From: Oikopleura dioica
Lineage: Eukaryota; Animalia; Chordata
DNA: 64,000 bases
NCBI GenBank assembly: GCA_907165135.1
Contig: OU015570.1
Location: 558,001-622,000 of the forward strand
Direction: 5' to 3'
Shown: positions 45,500-57,445 of the stretch, piece by piece
Position numbering within the stretch: position 1 is the first letter of the stretch
Layout: every line of letters begins with the position of its first letter
Translations under genes and position numbers: made by a program
The notes under the pieces: generated by a model
Told to the model about the DNA's origin: nothing
Databases searched by the model: none
Seen by the model: the letters and a program-made list of their open reading frames with translations, nothing else

Positions 45500-47000
45500 T
45501 ATTGAATTAAAAGTAAAAACGTGGAACACTCTCTGTGGTACTGACAGTTTTTGAGTAAATCAAATTTCTGGAGACTTTTTGTCCAAGATTGTTAGAATTA
45601 ACGGTATAGGGCGGTTACATTCGATATTTCAAGAGTCGTTCGAAGCTTTCTGAAAGCCATTCGAAAAATTTCTGAAATTGCTTATAAAAATGAGCTCATA
45701 CGCGGTGCGCGCCTTATAAGTAAACGAACTATATTTCGAATTATTTTGGTAAAGATTTTTGGGAAGTTTCGAACGTCATTATCGTAAAATAAGCCTAAAA
45801 ATCGGTCAATAATGAAAATGGCACGAATTGACTGATAATCACATGAAAGTCGAGACATGTTGTTTTGAAGTTAGAAAAAGCTTTAAAAATTTTTTATAAA
45901 ATTTTCCGATCAAGAAGAAAAATTGTACAGTCGACTGTGGCAATTACGAGTGGGAGAATCACGAGTATTTCACGAAATTCCCAGAAAAAATAGGCTCGTA
46001 ATTGCAACAGTCGACTGTAATAAAAGTATTTGGTTAACTGTTTGTCTGACATTTAAAATTTTCAAAATACTCCTCTTATTTTGGAATTTTCTTGGATGAA
46101 AAATTTGGCTGTATCTATATACCTATTAACAGAGCCATCGTTTTACGACATATTTTTGCGAGTTCTATGTGAAACAATTGATCAACTGGCGACTCCACTT
46201 ATCAAAGATGAGCTTGAGCTTGAGCTAAAAATACCTGTGCACTACCTTTTAAATGTAGATGCATCCTTCAGCCCTAGTTCATTGTGCACAGCAATATCTA
46301 TCGTAGCAAGAGGTGGTTCACGCTTTCTTATGAACAATGCACTTGAGACAATGGTAATTTACCTCACTATTTGATGATTTCAATGACAAGATACTGCTGT
46401 CAACATTTTTGTCGCAAAACAGTCTAGGAGCTTAAAACTTATTTTAGAATTCTACTCTTGTAAAACAAGGAATGAACGACGCTCCCGAGTTATCTTAAAT
46501 TTTCGATTGCGAATGGCTTCAAGAGTGTAAACTACTCTGATGAAATCTCCAAACTACAGACTGCAAGCCAAAAGAACAGTCAAAACGAAAGAATTTTCTC
46601 GCTGGTAGCACTTGTGCGCTTCGAATAATTAGCGAACTTTGACAAACAATGCGCTGTGTATTCTTATCAGATTGAGAAAGCTATTATTTCCGTTGGCTTT
46701 GGATTGATGAATGCTCGATCAGAAGCAGATTCCTTGAAATCAACGTAAGGTTTACGACTGTTCATCCAACAATCCACCCAGCCGAATTCTGCCATCTTTC
46801 AAAAATTCGTGAAAGAAGCAATTTCTGACGTTAAATTTTGTTTTTGACCAAATTAAATAAATTTTAAGGCTTACCCATTTGATGCACAGTCTGAGATAAC
46901 TGAGTTTATTGGGTTTTTCATAATCGCTAACACTTCCATAAGAGCTATTCTAGCGCTTTTGCTAGAACTGTCACTCATCGCTCTTCCGTTTATAGGTGAG
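45500..47000 (+). pseudogene. Multi-exon host-like gene remnant, unidentified; 90-bp TA-flanked palindromic MITE at 45928-46017
   Basis: Open blocks bounded by GT donors (46081-46350, about 46640-46745, about 46875-46995, the last hydrophobic); in-frame stops elsewhere. Confidence 0.35.
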
Positions 47001-47392
47001 CGCACACTGTTATGTATAGGTCTATCATATACCTCTCGCTCAACCAATTTTTCCGGAGACCCTACTTATATCCCTGCATTTGAAGGTAGTTATGTACTTT
47101 CTTAGAAGTATGTTGTTTTTATGCATTCTCAGAAAAGTGTAGTTATGTAGTAATACTACATTGGAAGGGTTTCTTCCACCAAGTTCAGACATAAAATTAT
47201 AGTATAATTTTATTACAGCAGAAGCTTTTCGGCGATTTCGCCTTCATAAATGCTATGAGTAAATTTTACTCAGTAAAAATAGTTGGAACAGTAAGAAACA
47301 AAAATGCAATAACCTGAATGATTCAAAAATGGAACTGACTGCAACCACATAATCATCGACAACAACCCAGACATTCTAGAGATAAATAACAA

Positions 47393-48500
47393 TAAAGAGT
47401 CATGGGCGGCTCCGGGCAAGAGTGATCTCCCCTCCGAGAGAGAGATGAGGTGCAGGGCCGTACTCAGCAGCGCCGGGGTCTATCCGACGCTGCGGCACTT
47501 CCCCACACTCACCCTCACGAAGTGAGAAGAGCTTTATTGAAAATTTTCTTCAGTTAATAATTTGTGTAATAAGTATTTAGAATAGTCAAACAAAATACAG
47601 AGTAAGAATTCAGGAACAGAAAATTTAATCAAGTTCTTCTCAAGCAAATTTGTCGTCTCTATCGTGATTGATAATGATGCGATGGGAAATTCACATATGA
47701 CGCGGCCCATCATATCGCTGTCGTGTGAACAGACAGGTTTGTCTTCTGATAATGATAATGATAAAGATTGTCTGGCTGGCTGACATCTCGTCTTCCCAAC
47801 AAAATAAATTTCTTCTGACATAAAACTGCAACGATTTCAAGTGATCCTCTTCTCCACTGATCGTCTCTTAGCAGCTACCGAATCTCTTCTTGTCTTCTTT
47901 AATATTTTCAATCTTCTTTCAAAAATACATTTTCATCTTAACAGGCCAATATCTTTAGACGAAGCTCAAAGCGATTCGAAAACAAATTTTCTCCACCCAT
48001 CGGAAATAACAAGCGAATTTAATAATTTGAAATCCAACCAAATAAAATAATTCCAATTTGTCCGCAATTAGTCTCATAAATAAAGAATAGAAGAAAGAAA
48101 TTTATCCATTTCAAGGTCCCCATAATTGGCGAGGCTTCAAGATTCAAGAATTAAGATAAAATAAGTTCCATTTTTCTTCAGTATTTCTGAGTCCAACAGC
48201 GGTAAAAAATCGTTTCCATTGATAATTTTGTTGAAATTTAGATCCAATAATTCATCGAAAACATCCAAAATTCTTACAGTAAAAAGCGGCGAGCGGTCGA
48301 TTCTCTCTTACAGCAGCAAGGCAAAAGAAATATTTTTTAAAACCCAATCATCTTTCTTGGGACGTGAGATCTTTCACTTCAGTTCACCGTAAAGAGTCAT
48401 GGGCGGCTCCGGGCAAGAGTGATCTCCCCTCCGAGAGAGGGATGAGGTGCAGGGCCGTACTCAGCAGCGCCGGGGTCTATCCGACGCTGCGGCACTTCCC
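47393..48500 (-). mobile_element. TRIM-like mini LTR element: 111-bp direct repeats 47393-47503 and 48390-48500
   Basis: One difference seen between the repeats; ACAA on both flanks; degenerate PBS CGGTGAACTGAAG and a purine-rich tract in the expected minus-strand positions. Confidence 0.65.
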
Positions 48501-48647
48501 ACAACAATAACAGTGAGCACAAAAATTTTGAAAATGAGACAGGGGCAACTTTTCGCGCGCATTAAAGACCCTGTCTCTATAAAAATCATCAAACGAAACT
48601 AATATTCTCGTGCATTACTTAAATATTTAATAGATTCGTTTTTATTC

Positions 48648-48687
48648 AGGGGACGCGTTTCGGCACTAAAGTGCCTTCATCAGCCCT
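48648..48687 (-). ncRNA. Minimal type I hammerhead ribozyme
   Basis: AGGG-CUGAUGA-AGGCAC uuua GUGCC-GAAA-CGCG-UC-CCCU. Confidence 0.85.
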
Positions 48688-48844
48688 AGTACAGAAATTA
48701 ACTTAACAGCTCAGAAAAAGGAAGAGTACTCTCACCTTAGAGTGGACAATTTCGAATGAAAACGAAAATTGAAAACAGAAAATGAAAATTCGCTTTCGCG
48801 GCAGGTGAATGGAGCGCCAGAGAAAGCGAATTTCAAATGCTCCA

Positions 48845-49939
48845 TTACAGAAATTTAACTTCAGCAAACTTGACTTGCTTGTTCAAGCTAGGGTCGTTTA
48901 ACTTAATTGAGAAGGCTTCCAACAAGATGCGATCTTTATAGTAAGGTTGGTTGGAGATAACAGTCACAAATTTGTTTTTAAAGCAGAAATTGGTTTTGAT
49001 CCTAGCCCTTGAAGTTGTGGGTTTGTACTTAGGAGTGTCTGGCTCACTTAGATATTTATCGTAAAGCTCTCTGAATTTTGGACATCTCAAAGTATGGAAA
49101 AACATTGGACTACGATAGCGTGGTTCGAAATGCTCTTGAATGCGTGTTCCCAGTTGTCGCTTTGTTTCTCCCTGGTAATCTGTTTTGCCACAAGGACATT
49201 GAAAGTGGTAGACTACACCCGATTTTTGTTCAATCGGGATCGGGCGTTTCCATGTTGGATGCAAACATTGTTCAACTCTCACTGTTTTCCAGCAAAGTCT
49301 GAGAAAGAACTTTGGAGTAACTTTCTTGAGAATTGCCCGCATTTTGCGCCCAATACGATCGCACCGCTCCCCAGTGAATGTGGCTCGAAAATTGTAAGTG
49401 ATTTCATCCTCCACTTTTCTATCCGGTTTAGGCGTATTCAAAAGTTTGATTTTGTCTTCAATAAGCGACGGTGGATATCCATTGAGAATGAATTTCCTCC
49501 TTGTGTTCCGAAAACCTAATTGAATGGCATCTTCGCAGGATGACGCATTTTTCACTCTATGAAGATGACCAACCAACAAGCTTATTTTCTGGGATTTTGG
49601 GGCGACATTAGTTCGAAAATTTGGTAAATGATCCTTATTCGACTCTTTCTCATAATGAAACATCTCAATTTTGCCTTTGTGGATTTGGAATTGAGTGTCC
49701 AAAAAGACGAGTTTACCATCTGTCATCGCTTCCTGTGTGAATTGTATATTTTTATGAAGCTTGTTGGCTTCATCCAAAATGAATTGTGACTCAGATTTTT
49801 TAATCAAAAATATACAATCATCCACGTACCTCGCAATATACAGGGCTTTCCCTTCCCCAATTAGTTGGTCAAAGAATGGGGCCTCTATTTGATGCATGAA
49901 AATATCGGCCAAAATAGGACTCAATTTAGATCCCATCAC
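48845..49939 (-). CDS. Penelope RT C-half and GIY-YIG endonuclease
   Basis: MGSKLSPILADIFM, RYVDD, GVVYHFQCPCGKTDYQGETKRQLGTRIQEH, LLEAFSI..LN. Confidence 0.93.
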   Translation of the reverse strand: MMGSKLSPILADIFMHQIEAPFFDQLIGEGKALYIARYVDDCIFLIKKSESQFILDEANKLHKNIQFTQEAMTDGKLVFLDTQFQIHKGKIEMFHYEKESNKDHLPNFRTNVAPKSQKISLLVGHLHRVKNASSCEDAIQLGFRNTRRKFILNGYPPSLIEDKIKLLNTPKPDRKVEDEITYNFRATFTGERCDRIGRKMRAILKKVTPKFFLRLCWKTVRVEQCLHPTWKRPIPIEQKSGVVYHFQCPCGKTDYQGETKRQLGTRIQEHFEPRYRSPMFFHTLRCPKFRELYDKYLSEPDTPKYKPTTSRARIKTNFCFKNKFVTVISNQPYYKDRILLEAFSIKLNDPSLNKQVKFAEVKFL

Positions 49940-50178
49940 TGAGCCATCACGTTGGCGGAAAAAACCTTCTGGGGTGGTAAAGCTCGTAAGCTTAAAAGGA
50001 CTGTGTCAACGACGTTCTGGAATGCGTGTCTGAAATTCGCTTTCTCTGGCGCTCCATTCACCTGCCGCGAAAGCGAATTTTCATTTTCTGTTTTCAATTT
50101 TCGTTTTCATTCGAAATTGTCCACTCTTAGGTGAGAGTACTCTTCCTTTTTCTGAGCTGTTAAGTTAATTTCTGTACT

Positions 50179-50218
50179 AGGGCTGATGAAGGCACTTTAG
50201 TGCCGAAATGCGTCCCCT
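50179..50218 (+). ncRNA. Hammerhead ribozyme copy with a stem III change (GAAAUGCG)
   Basis: Same sequence as 48648-48687 with one C-to-T substitution. Confidence 0.75.
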
Positions 50219-51383
50219 GAATAAAAACGAATCTATCATTATGAGAGGTCAACTATAAGACAATCTTAAATATTTAAATCTGGATTTTGGAGAACGATAT
50301 GGACTGCTTCCAGTTTTTTCGTTCTCTTAGATCCAAATTTCGTTCAAGGATTTTGAACTTAGATTGAAAAAACTTTTGATGAGATTTTGATTGAGATTCA
50401 ATTAATTCCTCCTGGTATTTTTCGTATCCGATTATACGCAAATAAGGTTTTCCCCTGTGTGAAGGGGTGAAATGTTGGTTTATTCTAGCTCGGACATTAA
50501 TCGTCTCTCCAATATATGATGAGGAACATGAACAACTAAACTTATAAATCGCATTAACTGCTCAAAGTGGATCTTTCTCTTTGAAATGATAGTCTTCTTA
50601 AATAAAAATCTGGAGTCACTGATTTTACAAGATTTTTCAAATCGCTTGCAACTATTGATATTTTTCGCATGTATATGGAATTTGTAAGCAATGGTTTCGA
50701 TCAGGAAAATCACTAATCTCTTGTGCCCAATTTATTTTTTTCTGAGTTTTTGGGCCCGTTCGCATGCTTTTAGCGCTAGAAATTGTTTTGGGTGAATACC
50801 CAAGTGACTAAAATTTTTCTAAAAGTTCATTTAATGCTTTGTCAAGTTGGTTAGGCTCAAAATTCGTACTTTTGCTCTAATAAATTCTGATTTTAAAATT
50901 CCCACCTTCATACTCTTTGGCGCAACAGCTGTTTTTGAATCCATTGTCACAGATTCTTTTGGAGCGCTTTAATTTCTTATTTATTGCTCTTTTGACTTTC
51001 AACCTGGTTATGCACTCTTAGATAAATAATTGTTATTTAACATTTATCAGATAGTTTCAGTGCGCTTCGCGCCTGCTCCAAGAGAAAACATCATTTTGAT
51101 GCCTTTTGGAATCAGTTAAGCCTGAAATGACTACAATTTAAATCGATAATGCATAACCAGGTTATGCAGAATGAGCAAAAATGCATAACCTGGTTATGGC
51201 ATAACCTCAGCGCCCGACACCCCCATTTAAGGGTTAATCTGTTTCGTAGGATATGTAAGGATAAAAATTTTGAAATCGATTAATTATTCTTTCTCGAGAT
51301 CCTTTTGGTGCATAAATGAGACAGTCATCGCAATATCAAAAATAATAATAATCAGCTAAGTCAAGAATTTGGGATCAAAGGCC

Positions 51384-51570
51384 TTTGTCAAGCCCATTTA
51401 AAATTAAAAGCCAGGGACGGGGCTGAGACGGCCCGAAGGGCCGTCAAGCCCATTTAAAATTAAAAGCCAGGGACGGGGCTGAGACGACCCGAAGGGCCGT
51501 CAAGCCCATTTAAAATTAAAAGCCAAGGACGGGGCTGAGACGGCCCGAAGGGCCGTCAAGCCCATTTAAG
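51384..51570 (+). repeat. About three tandem copies of the 59-bp hairpin unit
   Basis: gtcaagcccatttaaaattaaaagccagggacggggctgagacggcccgaagggcc repeated. Confidence 0.9.
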
Positions 51571-53012
51571 GCTAGGGTGGTCGATTTGGCCCAAAGCAGG
51601 GCTCATAAACTCTGGACTTGTGAATGCCAGAGTACCCCATAATAGCTTTAACTAGAGATCTATCCTAGATCTTCTGAATTACAGAAGCTTTTTCCATCAT
51701 CCCAAAAAAGCCACTTCCGGTGGCTTCAAAGTTGGCATCTCGGCCAAATTCGCGAAAATAGCCCATCTTCACGGCTCCAAAACTCCAAAGTTTGCATTAT
51801 GGTCCTATCAACTCTTACTATTTTTCGATTTCTTAGACCCTATTCTTAAAATTTACAGAAGATTTTTTTATTTGATAATTTTTTCTTTAGAAAATTTTTC
51901 AATAAACCAAGGTACCTATTTTTGACTATTCATTGCTTTAAAATGCCCCACGGGCATAGCCTAGACGTCACAAGCCCTACCCTAAATGAATGTCCTTAGA
52001 GTTAACTTTCCAAAAATGTATCATATGCCACTATTGTAAAGGGTTGAAATTTCAAAATATTTGGTTCACTTTCAAAATACACTAATTTTCTGCAGCTTTA
52101 GTCGCAATTTCCGGGAGATCGAGTAGAGATAGCCAAAAGGAAATTTTTGCTTTATTAAATAACTAAAAATCACGAGGAAACCTTTTGGAACTTTTTTCTA
52201 CAGCAAAAAAGTGCCTTGAGCAATCTCCTCATGTGATTTTAGGGATGAAGATGACGTTTTTAGTATTCTTATAATGAACAAAAATCAAGCTCGGATACTA
52301 AAGATGTCGATGGCAGGGCTTTATGTATTATAACAATAATTTTTATTTTACCCATTTTCCCACTGTGCACCCCCTAAAAATAATGAAAAATAAGTCCTTA
52401 AGATGTAAAGCTTATGCAATTCAACAAAGAAATAACACAACGCAACTTCAGGCAACTCTAGAGTTGAATGAAGGTTAAAAAGGTTAAAAGTTAGTTTTGG
52501 TTTATTGTCCACAAAAGTATCTCTGAGTGGTGTGGTATGGTTATGGTGAAAAAGGGGAAACGAGAGGGTTCATATAGGGTTAACTTTAGCTTCGTATTCA
52601 GCTGGAACAGATGATGGTCAGTAAGAACAGTTCGGATCGAGAAGAAGAGGTTCACAACGAGTTGTAGCAGTTCACAACGAGTTGTAGTGATTGATGTTCA
52701 GAAGTCGCAGTTGAAATTCAGAAAGGACAGTTGAAGTTGAACTAGCTTATCTCGCGGCGCCGAAGGCCATTTCAAAAATGTAGGCGGCGCCCAAGAGCAG
52801 TGGTAGAGCGAGCGGGCGTCAGACGCGCAATTGCCTTTGGCGGAATTATGTGTTCTTTTTATGAAACGAGCAGAATAGTAAGACCTATAAATTCCTCCCT
52901 CTCTATTTTTCAGACTGAAATCCATATTTTAGTCTGAGTCGGATGATGTGAATCCAGGCGGTGATTCTGGCGAGTATTCAAGTAAACTGTTCGACAGACT
53001 TCCATTGATGAG

Positions 53013-53919
53013 TTAATAAGCATCATTCAATATTTGGCTTGGGGACGGGTTGATGGTTGTCTGTGGGGCGACAGTATAATGTTTGTCAGCAGAGCGGTCA
53101 TTTGACGTTTCAATAAAGGGTTCAAGAAAATTAAGGCAACTAACGTCGGTGATCGACATTTCATTCGCAGATATTAGTTGAAGAATATCATTAACAGTTG
53201 ATTGAATGTCATTTGAAGCAGTTGGTATTGGGTTGTCTAGTGGCGGGGGATGAAACATATCCTCAAAAGTTTGTCCAGTGACATCATCAGTAACTTTTGG
53301 AAGACCTCTTTGTTGTTCATCATCACTGATTGGAACTCACTCGTAAATCACCGAAGTCTCTTGATTTTGTTCATGACTGCGATTTTCATGTGTGAGAGTT
53401 GTTTGCTCACTATTGATCGCAGGCGGCAGGTTGCAAGGTATTCGAGCGTTTATTCCAAGTTCTCTCAAATAATCCGCGTTGAGTCTCTTATCTTATTTGC
53501 GATAAGTTAAAACTCGGGAATCGTGATATCTCGAAATTTCTTCCAAAGGTTTCTGCATCTGTTAACCTATCGAAAGGAGTCAAGATATGATTGTCATCAT
53601 AAGTTTCTCGACTTAAATGTCTGTAGAGGAGACTTTTTCCGGTAAATTCCAAAAGAGAACAGATGTTCAGCTCTTGTGTTGGGGTTGTTAAGGTCATCAT
53701 TGGAATTGGTTGTGATGTTGACGAATTCGAGGAAGTAAACAAAAGGATTTCGCAGTCCTTAAGATACTGGCGAATCAAAATTATTGTTTTGTCTTCTTTA
53801 ATTCTAGACAGACTAAAAGTATGTCCTAGCATATATGTTAGGCAGAATTGTAGGAAGCGCTTCTTAGAGTCGTATGTATGCATCCAAACAAGGATTTGGT
53901 TCAGGGAAGTGTTCGACAT
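53013..53919 (-). pseudogene. Accessory ORF(s) downstream of integrase, unknown function
   Basis: ORFs 53488-53919 and 53013-53258; same relative position as the 27428-28129 ORF. Confidence 0.35.
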
Positions 53920-55334
53920 CTCTTTGCGCTTGTGTCTCTCGTCGACAGGCGATTTGAATAAAATGAAGTGAAAATCTTGACAACCAAAATCTCAAATTTT
54001 GGCCAAAATTTTCGTAAAATATGGGATAGATAAGTGCTGTATAAATATTGGAGCGGCACTTCCATGGGTATCACTGCGTAGCTCTTGTATCATTTGTCAT
54101 CTCAGTATGACATCAATTGTTCATCTTAGCACATGAACGTCACAGGTAACATTCATTCTTCTATCGTCGAAGATTTCTGTAAACAAGAACGGTTGCATCT
54201 TGTCGCCTTCATATTTCTACATTTTCGAATCTTGGAGAGGCCTCAGTATGAGTTGCGCGCGGTAGACTTTCAGCGTCACAAAAATCAAAAATGCGTGAGG
54301 GATATGGCCACCTAACTGTTAGCAGGGAATGGAAGCTACGTTTTGAATACGAGGCGAGATTTGGTTCGTTAGGAGGTCCGATCTCCATGAGCGGTCGCCA
54401 AGCTGCTCTTTAGTCGGATATCCAAGTGGACTTTGCTTACAGCCATATTTTTCCACAAATATGGATTGGCACATGGGGCTCGTGAGGGCCTTCCCTCCCC
54501 CTTCACATTTTATTTGTGTCTTTGCCGCAATCTCTTTGCCCAAGTATTAATGTGAGGTTCTCCAGGGCAAACTTCTTTCAGTTCTTTCATATCATGAACT
54601 TCTTCTGCATCAAGTTTAGCAACGGTATCAGGATCTGGAGAAACTGGTGGAACGGTAGCAGGAAAGTCCTCAGCGTCATTTTTGAACTTCAATGGTCGGA
54701 TCACGTTGATATGTCGACGGTACTCCCTTCGAGTTTCAACATCTTTTACAATGGAAGAGTCCTTGCTGATTCGTTTAATAACACTAAATGGGCCGAACCA
54801 GACTCTATTTAGCTTTCTAAAAGCTGGTTTCCAGATGAGACATTTGGATCCAATCTCAAGGGTAGGAGCATTATTCTTGTCTCGTGCAAGCAGTTTCCGA
54901 TATCGAGAAACTTGATGAGCAAGAATAGGCGGGTGCAATTCGTCAAAGTACTTGTTGAGTCCAGTCAACCACTTTTCCTTTGATGCGCCGTCAACATTGC
55001 ACGTCGTGGATGAATAACCGTTTTTACATCATGTTTAATTGATTGCTACCAGCATGGCACGTGTAGCAATGAAGAAAGAAAATAAATTCATTGCTAAGAT
55101 CTTCAGGAAGGACAAGACAATTATCTTTGTAAAGTAACCCGTCCTTTGTTTGAAAAGGTAATTTTGGATTGCGTCCACATTTTTCAATAAAGTTTCTTGA
55201 CTTCACACAATTCCTTTGAAGTTTGGATAACTCTTCCGTGGTAAAGTTTTGTTCACCAAATGAGAAGACGCTCTCTTTGCTAGCTGTAATTCTTGTGTGG
55301 AAGGCGAACACAGTCTCGGGAATATCCTTGAATA

Positions 55335-55731
55335 CAGTGAAAACTCAAAAATTGGCCGGTTTTCAGATCCGAATTCCAGGAAAAAACAGCCAAATTTTGA
55401 GTTTTTTACGGGATAGCCAAGAGTCCCCTTCAAAGAAACAAATTTTCGAAATTTTGGAAAATTGGCATGATTTTCACGTTTTTGATGAATTTGTATAAAA
55501 TTTTTGCTTGTTTGAGGTTATAATTATTAGAATTATTTCATTTTTGATAATTAAAACACTTTTAAAATGCCAAATATGCTCAGGAATAGCATTATTTGGG
55601 CGCAATTTTGATGCAAAATTTTTTATTTCTGAAAACGCGGCCAATTTTTGAGTCTTTTTCAGATTCAAAAATCACTCAATTTTAACCAATACCGGCAAAA
55701 TTTTGAGTAGGCAAATTTTGAGTTTTAGCTG
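55335..55731. mobile_element. Tc1-like MITE with TA TSD
   Basis: Removal restores ESDSIIFKDIPETVF. Confidence 0.85.
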
Positions 55732-55857
55732 TATTATCGAGTCACTTTCAAGGTCATCGCTTGAAGAAGCCTCTAGACGTGAGAGATAATCAGCAGTACA
55801 CATGATCGGGCTTGTGCCAGGCTCGTGAAGGATCGTGAAATTACATTTTAGCAAGTA

Positions 55858-56255
55858 CAGTTTTTTTCCTCTTTTGTGGACCCCAAGTTTGTGGACATTT
55901 TCTTCATTTTAAGGGGTTTCCGTGGGACACTATTGCAAAGATAATGTTCCGATTGTGTGGACATTTTCCCTGATAAGAAAATTTAAGAGGCAAAAATGGC
56001 ATATTTTTTTCAAAAATATAGGGTTATTTTCAAGAAATGAAGGACTTAAGCATTTAAATTTGTCGAAAAAAGATATAAATAAGCAAGAGAAAGGCGTTTC
56101 GAGGATGAAATTCGCCATTTTTCAATAAAAACGTATATTTGAAAAGATTTAAATATACTACGGCGGGACATTTTTTTGGGAACCCTTGCCCACTTTTGTG
56201 GACATTTTTCCGAAAATTTTGGACAAAAAATGTCCACAAAAGAGGAAAATAACTG
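55858..56255. mobile_element. Tc1-like MITE, CCTCTTTTGTGGAC family, TA TSD
   Basis: Removal restores NIHNYLLKC. Confidence 0.88.
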
Positions 56256-56607
56256 TAGTTGTGGATGTTTGTTAATTTGATATCGTTGTTTTTGTAGTCT
56301 CGCTGCTCTTAAAACAAATAACAAAGTGATTTATGATCCACAACGCAGCTGAAATGTGTATTGAGAAGAAAATACTCGAAATGAAAAATGCTGAATGCCA
56401 GTGCAAATAGCTCTTTGATCCTCATTGATCGTTGTAAGTCAGGTCCTTTCAGAGCTTTGGAGAAGTAGCCAAGGATGTTGAGATTTTCTCTGATTCTCTG
56501 ATAGAGGATTCCGCCTTCTTTCTTTCCATTACTGTCGGGTACCGAAATCAAGGATTTTCCAAGTTGAAAGTGGGACAGTGATGGATTCATCAACAATTCA
56601 TTCTTAA

Positions 56608-57445
56608 GGGTGTCCCCAACGATCGGATTCGACTAATCTTAGTCTGATGACCAAATTTTTTTCAGTTAATTAAAGGAAGCTGATTCTAGAGCTTTTTTCA
56701 GATCTGAAATATCTCATTTGATTCTCGAGATATTACTGTTTCTATGACAGCGCTAATGCATTACGGCTCGATAGAAATGCACTGTAAAAAGTGTCATTTT
56801 CAAAATTTCGATTTTATATATCGACCTGTATATTTTCTGAGAGCTTGAAAAATTCTCTATTCAATGATACTTATATCAATACGATAGTACAAATTTTTCA
56901 CCTTCAAACAGTGCGCCAAAAGTCGCAAACACCTGCACATTGGCGCCGGAAAAAGGGATTAAGGGTCTTATCAACGCAAAATCTGAGCTTGCCGGGAGAT
57001 TGAAAATAGATCAAACTATTATTCCTGTAAAAATGAGAAAAATTGAATTTCAGGAACAGCGCTAGAATCGAGCTCAAACTTCAGCAAAATCGTTACTTCA
57101 AAGAATGCATCGTATCTGATGCATACAGATAAATTTTAAAAATCCGTCAAATTTATGGCATAGAGGAGCGTTCAAGGAATTAGGATCTGGTCGTAATTTA
57201 AAAATTGAATTTGTAGAACTCGAGAAAAACGATCTCAAAGATTGGTCAGAATAGAAAAATCAGAACTCTTTGAAGAAGCGGTAGGGGATTAAAAGATTAC
57301 AATTTCAAAATTCTGCCAAATTTATGGAATAGAAAAGGGTCTAAATAATAATGAATATATTTCTTTTAGCCGAAAAGCCTTCAGGAAGTTCTATAAAAAA
57401 TAGCTCAAAGTATAGCCTGTTTTAAAAAAATCGTTGGGGACACCC
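56608..57445. mobile_element. TTAA-targeting element with GGG..CCC termini (Kolobok-like)
   Basis: TIR GGGTGTCCCCAACGAT; removal restores FQRIKNELLMNP. Confidence 0.88.

Larger units (their letters stand above)
48630..50236 (-). mobile_element. 5'-truncated Penelope-like element with 3' pLTR (48630-48835) and inverted pLTR copy (50031-50236)
   Basis: About 205-bp inverted repeats flank an RT plus GIY-YIG ORF. Confidence 0.9.
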
